The notes under the pieces were generated by a model, which saw only the letters and a list, made by a program, of their open reading frames with translations, made no database searches and was not told the origin of the DNA. A stretch of DNA of 36,668 nucleotides from positions 14,350,282 through 14,386,949 of the forward strand of contig NC_068998.1 of assembly GCF_001194135.2 (NCBI RefSeq), written 5' to 3'. Position 1 is the first letter of the stretch. Each line of letters opens with the position of its first letter. Shown piece by piece: positions 9,506 through 20,798 of this stretch. Made by a program: the position numbers and the translations under genes. Origin of the DNA: Octopus bimaculoides (lineage: Eukaryota).

Positions 9506-11218
9506 ACTACAACTTATGAGCAACGGTAACCAGTGGGGAGAAGAAGCGGTAGAACGCGATCAAGAAATAAATATGTGGATGGCAGATTCTATGTGCCCAG
9601 GTGTACTTGAAGGATGTGTTTATTGCGTGACGCGATGCTGTGAAATTTAATTTCTTCTTCTGTAAATGTACGAGCAGCTCATGTGGTGAAGGTGACCTCT
9701 GCATGTAATCGATCAGCTAATGCTAGAATCTCACCACTTTCGTATTATGTGTTTGTAACCTCGTCCTGCATCGAAACAACACATCAACGGAGTAATTAAT
9801 ATTGCATCTTGAAAATAAAAGTTTCTGTTATTGATATTTTTCAATAATTTCAGATTGTAACACCTGAAAAGTTATACTTGATCGAATATCTGCAATTGGT
9901 ATTGATATTCCAGATTAATCCTATAATTAAGTTTTAATCTCCAATGGCATTTTTATGGTCATTGGACACATGGTTATCTTAAAAGGAGACAAACTTCTTT
10001 TCACATTTCAAACTTGGTGATTAAAAACAAACAAAAGTAGATCTTATAATATAAAGAAATCCTAACGGATAAGAATGATTTATTTCAATCAGATGTTATT
10101 GCATTTAATAGCTAAGATATATGATGCAGAAGCTTAAATTGGGTTTCTGAATGGTGTGGCAGATGAAAGACTTATCTCCCTAAACATGAGTTGTTCTATC
10201 GTGGGTAGCTCTTCACATGGGAGGAATTTATACTAACATTTGGAAAAGAACGAAATTTACGTTAATTCCTCAGCCCTACCACAGTTTAAGGAAGCCGATT
10301 GCGCCTACTTTAAGATAAAGGGACTCGGCAACGGGGAAAGGCATGCTGCTGGTGGCAAGATGATAAACGGAACTAGCACCTTTCACCACGACTTGAGTGC
10401 CCAATTACCTTTGAGGTTCCTCCATTCATACGTTTCCATAAGTTTGTTCTATCTACACTGTTTCTACCAGATTGTTTCCTTGTGTTTCTTATAGGCTTGA
10501 TCAAAGGAGAAAGGTCTCCAATGATTAAGGTTTTGAAAAGTCGATGTCAGCCAGTACATCGAACTGAAGACGGAGGGGTCTTGAATATATGACATGTTTA
10601 TGCCTAAAAAACGGGGGGAAAAAAGACGTCATCTAACCCTCTTGAATTATCAGTAAAATTCCGAGCTCGGGGCCTAAAATCATTCATGTTCCACATTGCT
10701 AAATTTTACTGGAAGACCTGTCTTGATTGCTAGAAGTAAGTAAGTCAGAAATTNNNNNNNNNNNNNNNNNNNNNNNNNNNNNNNNNNNNNNNNNNNNNNN
10801 NNNNNNNNNNNNNNNNNNNNNNNNNNNNNNNNNNNNNNNNNNNNNNNNNNNNNNNNNNNNNNNNNNNNNNNNNNNNNNNNNCATTTGACTAATTAGCATT
10901 AAATCACGCACAAACCCTCTTCCACCTCAGGTCCACAGGTGCCCTTACCCTAAATCCGATTTTCTCGTACCCCCCCCCACCCACTCAGACATCCCGAACC
11001 ACACGACTCTTTATCTCTCCTCACTCTTGTTGCGTCCAACCCCTCGTGCTAATCACGCACTAATCATTATTATATTCAGTTCTGCCTTCCCTCAATACTG
11101 TCACACTGGAATTTACTCCCTCCTGATGCCTTTTCTGTTGGTGCGATCAACAGCAATCTAAAAGGTATATTAATGACATCAAACTAATTCATCTTGAAGC
11201 ATACTTCTTTACACTGTG

Positions 11219-11243
11219 TATCAATCTATCTATCTATCTATCA

Positions 11244-11303
<60 letters not shown>

Positions 11304-11352
11304 GCCTATCTATCTATCTTTCTATCTATCTGTCTGTATGTATGTCTATCTA

Positions 11353-11423
<71 letters not shown>
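11219..11423. repeat. Compound (TATC)n/(TGTC)n microsatellite running into an N-gap
   Basis: Read directly. Confidence 0.97.
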
Positions 11424-12030
11424 NNNNNNNNNNNNNNNNNNNNNNNNNNNNNNNNNNNNNNNNNNNNNNNNNNNNNNNNNNNNNNNNNNNNNNNNNNNNN
11501 NNNNNNNNNNNNNNNNNNNNNNNNNNNNNNNNNNNNNNNNNNNNNNNNNNNNNNNNNNNNNNNNNNNNNNNNNNNNNNNNNNNNNNNNNNNNNNNNNNNN
11601 NNNNNNNNNNNNNNNNNNNNNNNNNNNNNNNNNNNNNNNNNNNNNNNNNNNNNNNNNNNNNNNNNNNNNNNNNNNNNNNNNNNNNNNNNNNNNNNNNNNN
11701 NNNNNNNNNNNNNNNNNNNNNNNNNNNNNNNNNNNNNNNNNNNNNNNNNNNNNNNNNNNNNNNNNNNNNNNNNNNNNNNNNNNNNNNNNNNNNNNNNNNN
11801 NNNNNNNNNNNNNNNNNNNNNNNNNNNNNNNNNNNNNNNNNNNNNNNNNNNNNNNNNNNNNNNNNNNNNNNNNNNNNNNNNNNNNNNNNNNNNNNNNNNN
11901 NNNNNNNNNNNNNNNNNNNNNNNNNNNNNNNNNNNNNNNNNNNNNNNNNNNNNNNNNNNNNNNNNNNNNNNNNNNNNNNNNNNNNNNNNNNNNNNNNNNN
12001 NNNNNNNNNNNNNNNNNNNNNNNNNNNNNN

Positions 12031-12078
<48 letters not shown>
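12031..12078. repeat. (TG)n microsatellite at the gap edge
   Basis: Read directly. Confidence 0.97.
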
Positions 12079-12081
<3 letters not shown>

Positions 12082-12610
12082 CAGACAGTATGCTGACGAC
12101 CGAAATATCTATGATTAGATATCTGAACAGTTAAGGCTAACCTATGTAAAAAACCGCCGTTAACAACCATAATGACATCTTTATCATCAATAGCAGCAAG
12201 AACAACAATTACAATAACAGCAGCAACTAAACCAACAAGAATAAGAACAATAAATGTTAGACGCAGAAGAGCGAAATGTTTTGGCCTGGGAATCGCAGTC
12301 ATATCATGAACATATACAGGTTTCCTTGCCTCTTCTCCCGTAAGATATAAATAAATATTATAAATAAAATATGAATAGAATATAATGTAAAACATATAAA
12401 TATTATAAATAATAAAATTCATATTGAATAAAAATTAAAGCATAAAAAATAAAAAATAAATCTGTTTTTTTTTTTTTGGTGATTGTAATACGACAAGGTG
12501 TCACAGATCACGTGGAAAGACCTGCAATCTTTTACTAGCAGAACAAGAATAACGAATAAAACATGAACCACATCATCGTCGTCAACAACAACGACGACGA
12601 CGAAGAAAAA

Positions 12611-12611
<1 letters not shown>

Positions 12612-12676
<65 letters not shown>

Positions 12677-12698
12677 GAAGAAGAAGAAGAAGAAGAAG
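12612..12698. repeat. Compound (AAT)21(AAG)8 microsatellite running into an N-gap
   Basis: AAT at 12612-12674 and AAG at 12675-12698. Confidence 0.97.
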
Positions 12699-13093
12699 NN
12701 NNNNNNNNNNNNNNNNNNNNNNNNNNNNNNNNNNNNNNNNNNNNNNNNNNNNNNNNNNNNNNNNNNNNNNNNNNNNNNNNNNNNNNNNNNNNNNNNNNNN
12801 NNNNNNNNNNNNNNNNNNNNNNNNNNNNNNNNNNNNNNNNNNNNNNNNNNNNNNNNNNNNNNNNNNNNNNNNNNNNNNNNNNNNNNNNNNNNNNNNNNNN
12901 NNNNNNNNNNNNNNNNNNNNNNNNNNNNNNNNNNNNNNNNNNNNNNNNNNNNNNNNNNNNNNNNNNNNNNNNNNNNNNNNNNNNNNNNNNNNNATTGAAA
13001 CATCATATTCATACGTGGAATAATTTTCTAATGGGAAATCTTGAATCTATTAATCAGTTAAATAGTTTCATTTCATGTACACATTCTGAAAAC

Positions 13094-13234
13094 CATACAT
13101 ACATACATACATACATACATACATACATACATGCATGCATACATACATACATACATACATACATACATACATAATACATACATGCATGCATCCATACATG
13201 CATATACACTTACACACACATAAATATATATGTG

Positions 13235-13267
<33 letters not shown>

Positions 13268-13334
13268 ACATGTGTATATACACTCAGATGCACATGTACG
13301 CAAACACCTATACACATATAAATATATGTACGCG

Positions 13335-13391
<57 letters not shown>

Positions 13392-13500
13392 CTAGCGATA
13401 TGCATGTTTATACACACATATAAATAAATACGTATATGTAAATATGTGTGGTGTACGTACATATGCACAAACATACATACATGCATACATACTTACATAG
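13094..13500. repeat. Compound (CATA)n/(TG)n/(TA)n microsatellite field
   Basis: Read directly; the TA run is at about 13338-13387. Confidence 0.95.
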
Positions 13501-13739
13501 ATACGTACATACATAGAATATTTCTAATAGAAATATATGCGGCAGCTTACAGATTGCTATTGTTAAAGGATACGATTCGTACAGTAATTCTTTTAAAACA
13601 GGATAAAAGACGAGCCTCGTTTTGATTTTCTCTAAGATGGCTTCTTTCTCGCTTTTATTTCCCTCAAATTTTCTTTAATAAATCAACATGATTAGCTTTT
13701 CATCCGCCATGCAAGCAGAGATAGGATTTTTGCAGCACT

Positions 13740-13872
13740 CGCTCATATAAATATGGGCACGCATACATGCGTATATACGTACACATATACGTATATTCAT
13801 GCATACACTCAGGCTCGCGCGCGCGCGCACACACACACACACGTATATAAATACATATATGCACCCTCCACA

Positions 13873-13919
<47 letters not shown>

Positions 13920-13995
13920 ATATATATGCAGTTTGACTGATATATGTGTGCATGTCTGCGCTTGTGAGTTTGTATGTATATGTGAGTATGTGTGC
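13740..13995. repeat. Alternating purine-pyrimidine field including (CG)6(CA)n and (CA)n runs
   Basis: (CG)6 at 13816-13827 followed by CA repeats; a long CA run at about 13877-13920. Confidence 0.9.
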
Positions 13996-16160
13996 TTTTG
14001 TTCCGTAACAGTCGAAGGAAAAAAATATCCTTGACACAGTTCAGCATTGATATTTATTTAGAATTCGTTGATGATTCTTTACGTTTTTATTCTGAGTTTC
14101 CCTTGCGCGAACGTTCATGCAATATTTGAAGAATGAATCGGTGTAATTTCAGAGCACTAGATTTGTTAGTCGGTCACAATTGATCAGTCATAGTCAAGTG
14201 GTCGAATATGTATCGATTCAGGAATATCATTGTTGCTAACAAGAGTACTGTAGAGCAACGGAAACCACCATGTTCGGATCTGATGCCATCAAGTGATAGC
14301 GAAACCGCAGCGCTTATATATCGCATCAGTAGGCAGTAGATTCTCGAGCATACAGAAGCTGTGAAGAAAGATTTGTCTCCAATATCTACGACTAGATATT
14401 TCTCATCTTTAGACACGCGGTCTCCTATTATACCGGGAATTTATCTATGAAGGAAATCCAGAGTTTCTGGTACCGTTGAATTAGTTTTTATCCTTTTTTT
14501 CTGTGGTCCCAGAAAAAAGGATAAAACAAAGATATGGATGACAGAAATGATAGAATGCCAGATATAATGTTGATTATGTCATTTTCTATTCTAAGCGCGA
14601 TGAACTACATCAGTGGGACCGAGAGGGCTTTTTAAAACTCGTACGCTTGCATAGTTTTACAAAAATCGAAAAACCTACATTCATATTTTACAGACAAATC
14701 CCACCGCTCTAATATTTGGAAGACATCAACTGATACACGCGCACACATATATGTGTCTGATGTGTGTGTATGAATATATATATATGTATATATATATATA
14801 TNNNNNNNNNNNNNNNNNNNNNNNNNNNNNNNNNNNNNNNNNNNNNNNNNNNNNNNNNNNNNNNNNNNNNNNNNNNNNNNNNNNNNNNNNNNNNNNNNNN
14901 NNNNNNNNNNNNNNNNNNNNNNNNNNNNNNNNNNNNNNNNNNNNNNNNNNNNNNNNNNNNNNNNNNNNNNNNNNNNNNNNNNATATATACATATATATGC
15001 CCACCCACTCACAGACGTAGGCACACTTACATACACCCAAAATCCCTATATACGTATATATATTTATGTGAATTAACCATATCTTTTACTACAACTTCAA
15101 ATGTATACAGGTCTTTCAGAGAGAATTCATTCCTATAAAAACAACGGCAATAATATTACTTTGAAATAGTAAATATTAATTTTTTTATATAATAATGTTC
15201 TGCTGATAACAACGCGCTTCTCCGGATTTTTGATTATTTTCTTCGTTCAATTTGAAATGGGAAATCATTAAACAACTTGTATAAAGTAATGCAATCTTTT
15301 TTCTGTTTGGTTTTATTTATTGAAGTCACGTTAAATTGTTTGCCTGAATTCTCACCTGAATTGCTCAAATGTTTTTTTTTTTCAAAAGACTATATTAATT
15401 TTTTATAAAATGTTATTAAAAGATAACTTATCTCAGGGAAAACAATAATATTTTACGGGATTCAGTGGTATCTGGGAACCCATTTTAAAAAACACAGAAT
15501 TAAGTTATATTTCTATTTGTTGTTTAATAAATAACTCCAGGTTATACTCTATTGATCAGAGATTTAGAATCTAAATTTTCCTCTCCGTTACCATTTCACC
15601 GTTTCTTTCCAGGCATATTGTATTTATGATCGCATTATCTAAAGTATCCTTGATTTATTGAGCCAGAATGATATGATCTGAGGAAGATTTGTTTGCTATT
15701 ACTACAGCTTGAGAGATCGAAAAGAGTTCTCATTTGTTCGGACAAATTATAGAAGCTTAACAACCTAAAATAATTTTTTTATGCTTTCTACTACAAAAGA
15801 ACCCATTTTGTGTATGAACATCTCTGGGTAAGCGGAATATGCAATCTTAAACTCGATTCCAGGGTGGTTTTAATTTAATTCCTTTTCATTTCTGAGTTTT
15901 CGAGGCGTAGTTAGACGGGTTCAGAAAGATGACACATGACATAAAACCACAGAGAACTTTAAGGGCTATAGAATGCTTCCGTTTTAGTATTAAAGTTATT
16001 AATCTCTCACTTCAATCAAATTCATAACTTTTCAGACTTGGGTAATAATAAATAAACGTTAGGACTATCACAGTTAACTTAAAATATATGGCAACGTGTT
16101 ATAATCTATTTGGAACGATGCAGAATACTGAATTATGGCAGACAGAACGTACATACAGGC

Positions 16161-16420
16161 AGGGAACTGGGGGAATCATTAATGCGTTGGAAAGAATGGT
16201 TCTCACTACTTTTTTTCGACTATACGCTCCGAGTTCAAATCCTGCCGGATTAACTTTATTATTCGTCCTTTTGGGGTCGATAAAATGCACGAATCCAAGT
16301 CCATTGATCAACGGAACTGTAAGAAAGTCGGACCGGATACATCGTGGTATTTATTTCAGTTCTTTTGCTTCTAAGTTCAAATTCTGCCATTGTCTAACTG
16401 GGTGGTAACTTATCCCCCTC
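16161..16420 (+). mobile_element. Two tandem degenerate family-A SINE fragments (about 16161-16290 and 16311-16420)
   Basis: GAGTTCAAATCCTGCCGG...CGTCCTTTTGGGGTCGATAAAAT and TTCTAAGTTCAAATTCTGCC. Confidence 0.65.
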
Positions 16421-16675
16421 ACCAGATATAGAACCACCAGCTGGTTATTTGGATTCTCTTGGTAGAGTCCTTTCGGATGCCTGCACCCGGGTCAGGTTTC
16501 AGATTAGGGGATATTTTTCTCTCACCTCTCTTTCATCAGTGTTGTGGGCCCTTTCAGAGATCATGGGAGCTACCTTTGCTTTTGAATAAAAGTTGAAAAA
16601 AGATTCATTGAAGAATTTGATAGAAGTTACTTACGAAATAGGCTTCATTCTAGAAAAGAGAATTCTGTCTGGAGA

Positions 16676-17267
16676 GATTTCTCATTACTATTTTAGAAAT
16701 GAAAGATAATTACATACATACATACATGCATGCATGCACACAGGACCAGGAAATATCAACCAAGTACCTGATGCACAAAAAGGACAGAGATGCAGGAAAA
16801 GCCGTAAAATATGGCAACCGATGCAGACTTTGTGGAGTTCACACTGAAGATATCACCCACACCATAAGCAGTTGTCTGAAAATGTCGTGACGGTATTATC
16901 TACTGATGAGACACGATGTTGTAGCTAGGACACTCTATTATGAAATCCATCGGAAAGATAATCTCGAGGACAAAGAAATAAGAACCCACAATGTGGTAGA
17001 AGCCATAGCCACTCATAATAAAAAAAAGGAGTACTGGTAGAATGTACCAGTGTAGACCTCAATGAAATGTAAGCACAACAGACCTGATATAATGATTTTG
17101 AAGCGAGAAGAGAAACTGTGCACAGTTGTGGAAATTAGTTTCTATTGACAAATCTGCAGTTATTCTCTCCAGATCATAAGTTCAGGTTTATACCTGTAAT
17201 TATTGGGGCCCTGGGATTTCTCATTGCTATTTTAGAAATGAAATGGAATTACATACATACATACATG
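16676..17267 (+). repeat. 53-bp direct repeat pair (16676-16728 and 17215-17267) ending in (ACAT)n
   Basis: GATTTCTCATT(A/G)CTATTTTAGAAATGAAA(GAT/TGG)AATTACATACATACATACATG; 49/53 identical. Confidence 0.95.
16741..17216 (+). mobile_element. R4/Dong-clade non-LTR retrotransposon fragment (CCHC zinc knuckle + restriction-like endonuclease), pseudogenised
   Basis: One frame reads QDQEISTKYL..CRLCGVHTEDITHTISSC..MS*RYYLLMRHDVVA..EYW*NVPV*..KHNRPDIMIL..CTVVEI. After a deletion and frameshift it continues PDHKFRFIPVIIGALG. The QDQ, CxxC..H..C, RHD, RPD and IGALG motifs are in canonical RLE order. Confidence 0.9.
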
Positions 17268-18867
17268 GTCAGTAACTGTTTGAACTCTTGTCTAAACATC
17301 GTGCTGGTCATAATCGTAACATATCTTTTATCTGGCTTAATGTATATAAGATTATTGTATGAAATACTTCTTTTCTTTTTTAAAAGCAATAGGTTTGAGG
17401 TTTTTCAGAAGATTTAACTGCTGTTTCTACCAGGTTTATTTGACTGTTATTTTTGGCTTGCAGTATCACATTTGAGATACATTAATGTACAGTGATTCCT
17501 CTAAATTGAGAGAATAAAGTACAAACTCAGCTTTAACAAGATTCGAATACGGATTAGTTTAATACGTCACTGAATCGTTAGTTAATAGTCTAACCAACTT
17601 GTCATCAACCTCACTCTTTTCGAAAGAAATGTTTTTTCTTCTAACTTCAAGTGAATGATCAATGGATGTTATGTGAGATGGCTTTTAGCATTAAAAGAAG
17701 AAAAAATACTTAAAATCTTATATAAAATTAAATAACGGAAACAAACGAATTTTAAAAGACAATAAGAGAGAGAGAGAGAGAAAGAAAATCCTTCGTGTTT
17801 ATATGCTTCAGTTGCAATAAATTTACATAGTAATATTCCTAATAGTTACATGTGATAAATAGTGCGACATGGCTTCTCTAGACTATATTTGCTTTACACA
17901 ATTAATATTTAACATTCAAATAATGATCACGAATATATTTCCTCTTTGATTTTGTTTTAATGCCGAATAGATTCTTTATTAGCTTCAGTCATATTCTTTC
18001 AAAATGTCTGTGTGTCATTATTATAGTGTAAATTTATATGCAGTTTAATTGAAACACGCTAACATATGATCTCTTGCCTTAATGTATAGACGAAGAAACA
18101 TCGAGTAAAGATATTTTTGCTTCTATAAATTCGATAAATGAATGTTTAATATCTGGTTGTAAAGGAATGATAATGCTAATTAAAATGTGTGAACGATTTG
18201 TTTCAATTCTTTTTTGCCGTTTTTTTTTTCTTCTTTACATCATAGTATTCAAACCAGTAGTTTAGAAGAATAGAGAAGACGGGTTCGGAAAACCGGAAAA
18301 TCTTTTGATAGCATCGAAATCACATACATCAATGCATCAGTAATTCGGACTTGTCTTTGATAATTGACTTTTGTGTTAGATTTTTATTTCAAATACACAA
18401 AGACAATATGTCGATAATATCAGTTATAAAGATCACCGCCTTCAAATTATCTCATATATCGTCAAAGCGTAGACGAGATTGCACAGAAACACAAACATGC
18501 GCAAATAACATGTGGAGGGGGACGTTCGAAGAGAATATTTTACTAATTCAAACGCACTTTTAAATACATACATACAAGAATGTATACATACAAGCATATA
18601 TGTACATATGTACCTGCATGACTGCATTCATGCATACTTATACACATAAATACATATATTTAAAAAACAAACAAGTGAATGGATATTCGTTACTTTCAAA
18701 GATGTTTATTTAGTTGTTCGGTCAATGATCCACTCAATGAATTACCGTCTAAGTTTCAGAGTATTGTTATTTTCCAGCGTGCAAATCGGCGTAATATATA
18801 AAGGAAAGAGTGTAGCGTAAACGTTAAAACATCGTCGCGTCAGGTGTCAAAGTAAGCGCAAAGCAGC

Positions 18868-18926
18868 GTGAGTTGAAGTGCTTTGGTCAAGAGCACAATG
18901 CCCCACTCCGTCCCGCAATTGAAACC
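18868..18926 (-). mobile_element. Possible short family-B SINE remnant
   Basis: Minus strand GGTTTCAATTGCG...GGCATTGTGCTCTTGACCAAAGCACTTCAACTCAC resembles the family-B B-box and middle. Confidence 0.35.
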
Positions 18927-18944
18927 ACCAGGCCAAGAGCTCGC

Positions 18945-19011
<67 letters not shown>

Positions 19012-19086
19012 AACCTACCTAACAACCCACCCACATTCTTACATTATCTGTCTGTCTGTTTGTCTGTCTGTCTATCTATCTATCTA
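18945..19086. repeat. Compound (TATC)n/(TGTC)n microsatellite
   Basis: Read directly. Confidence 0.96.
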
Positions 19087-19089
19087 CAT

Positions 19090-19220
19090 GTATATTTTTA
19101 TATATAACATTGGCCACTAAAGTGGACATTTAATGTGCTAGAAATAGACCACAAGATGTGGTCTGTTTCTAGCACATTAAATGTCCACTTTAGTGGTCAA
19201 CGTTATATATAAAAATATAC
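19090..19220. repeat. 131-bp near-perfect palindrome (64-bp arms, 3-nt spacer AGA)
   Basis: Arms at 19090-19153 and 19157-19220 are complementary at 61 of 64 positions. Confidence 0.97.
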
Positions 19221-19502
19221 TTTAATCCCCTGAGATCGCAGATATTTTTTCTGAATCTCTCTGATTCTTTAAATGTGCTAGCTTCCTGGTAATAAATCGA
19301 TATTAATTAATGTATGATTTTTTACTCTATGTTTTAATTTGGTATATCTACATGTATATATAAATATTTAAGTCACAATGAATGGATTTAACTAATCTAG
19401 TAGTCCTCATAAGGTTCCTTAATGTATCGTTCTACAAAACATGGCTTTTCCCTACACAAGGGAAAAGCCATAAGGTGGTCGTGGTGGGAGGTTATAAGTG
19501 AC

Positions 19503-19789
19503 GTGGGAAATAGTATGATGAAATTTACTTAACCACTGGAAAATTCATATATCACAATAAATTGTTTCATAACTTAAAGCATATCTAACAATGAATAAAT
19601 TACATGTCTCCATTAATACAAATAATATTTTTAATCAATGCAGAAATTAAGCTACCTGATCAGGTAAGAGAAAAAAATCTTGTTAAATATAATAAATTAC
19701 TTTTGTTTACTTTAAGTTATGGAAAAACTTATTGTGATATATGAGTTTTCAAATGGTTAAATAATTTTCACCATACTATTATTTCTCGC
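19503..19789. mobile_element. MITE-like element with about 75-bp imperfect terminal inverted repeats
   Basis: 19503-19579 resembles the reverse complement of 19710-19789 (shared TAGTATG.TGAAA.T..TTAACCA..GAAAA.TCATATATCACAATAA.T..T.CATAACTTAAAG). There is an internal 14-bp palindrome TACCTGATCAGGTA. I could not identify a TSD. Confidence 0.7.
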
Positions 19790-20020
19790 GGTATTAATAA
19801 CTTTATATATGTTTTGTTTGCTCTCGGCCCTATGTTCGCGGGCCCCACCAGCATGGGAAGGTCTGTCTTATCGTTAATGGTGCGAAACTGAGTAATACCA
19901 TCTGGTTGACAACTGATGAATAATTAGGGACCTCCTCTGTCTATCTCCCGCCCGTTATACGGTCTTTACCTGTCGTTTGTTTATATACAATACGTTTTTC
20001 ACTTATATATATATATGTAT

Positions 20021-20056
<36 letters not shown>

Positions 20057-20653
20057 NNNNNNNNNNNNNNNNNNNNNNNNNNNNNNNNNNNNNNNNNNNN
20101 NNNNNNNNNNNNNNNNNNNNNNNNNNNNNNNNNNNNNNNNNNNNNNNNNNNNNNNNNNNNNNNNNNNNNNNNNNNNNNNNNNNNNNNNNNNNNNNNNNNN
20201 NNNNNNNNNNNNNNNNNNNNNNNNNNNNNNNNNNNNNNNNNNNNNNNNNNNNNNNNNNNNNNNNNNNNNNNNNNNNNNNNNNNNNNNNNNNNNNNNNNNN
20301 NNNNNNNNNNNNNNNNNNNNNNNNNNNNNNNNNNNNNNNNNNNNNNNNNNNNNNNNNNNNACATAAAAAAGCATTCTTAAACAGGTACCGGTTTCGGATT
20401 TAACAATCATACCGATTGCCCATTCCTCTTCAGCCTGATTTGTAATGTAACCGCAATCATCAGAATCGTATACAGAGTTGCCCACCGCCATGGGTGCGCG
20501 TGTATATGGCTCTGCTAATTACAGCTTAATGGTAAAATTCAAAAGTCTTCGTTTGGGCGCGCTAATTCCAGGAATATATCAGCAGAAAATATTTACCAGA
20601 TTTTATAATGATAATTAATCGATATTAATTAATATATGATTAATTACCAGATT

Positions 20654-20658
<5 letters not shown>

Positions 20659-20713
<55 letters not shown>

Positions 20714-20798
20714 CACATACATATATAAATATGTGTGTGTGTGTGTGTGTGCGTGCGTGTGTGTGCGTGCGTGTGTGTGTGTGCGTGTGTGTGTGTAT
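20659..20798. repeat. Compound (TA)n/(TG)n/(TGCG) microsatellite
   Basis: Read directly. Confidence 0.95.

Noticed and set aside
10496-10595. Good splice acceptor (TTTCCTTGTGTTTCTTATAG) followed by a short open frame LIKGERSPMIKVLK..
   Set aside because: About 30 codons, no recognisable homology and no partner exon.
12260-12318. Possible small exon DAEERNVLAWESQSYHEHIQ
   Set aside because: The acceptor lacks a pyrimidine tract, the donor (GTTTCC) is weak, and the peptide is too short to assign.
14446-14643. Possible mariner MITE around the 14486 hairpin
   Set aside because: The putative TIRs match at only 16 of 34 positions.
15600-15720. Traces of a further SINE family here and at about 9685-9740 and 34870-34985
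   Set aside because: Mutual similarity is too weak to support from this window alone.
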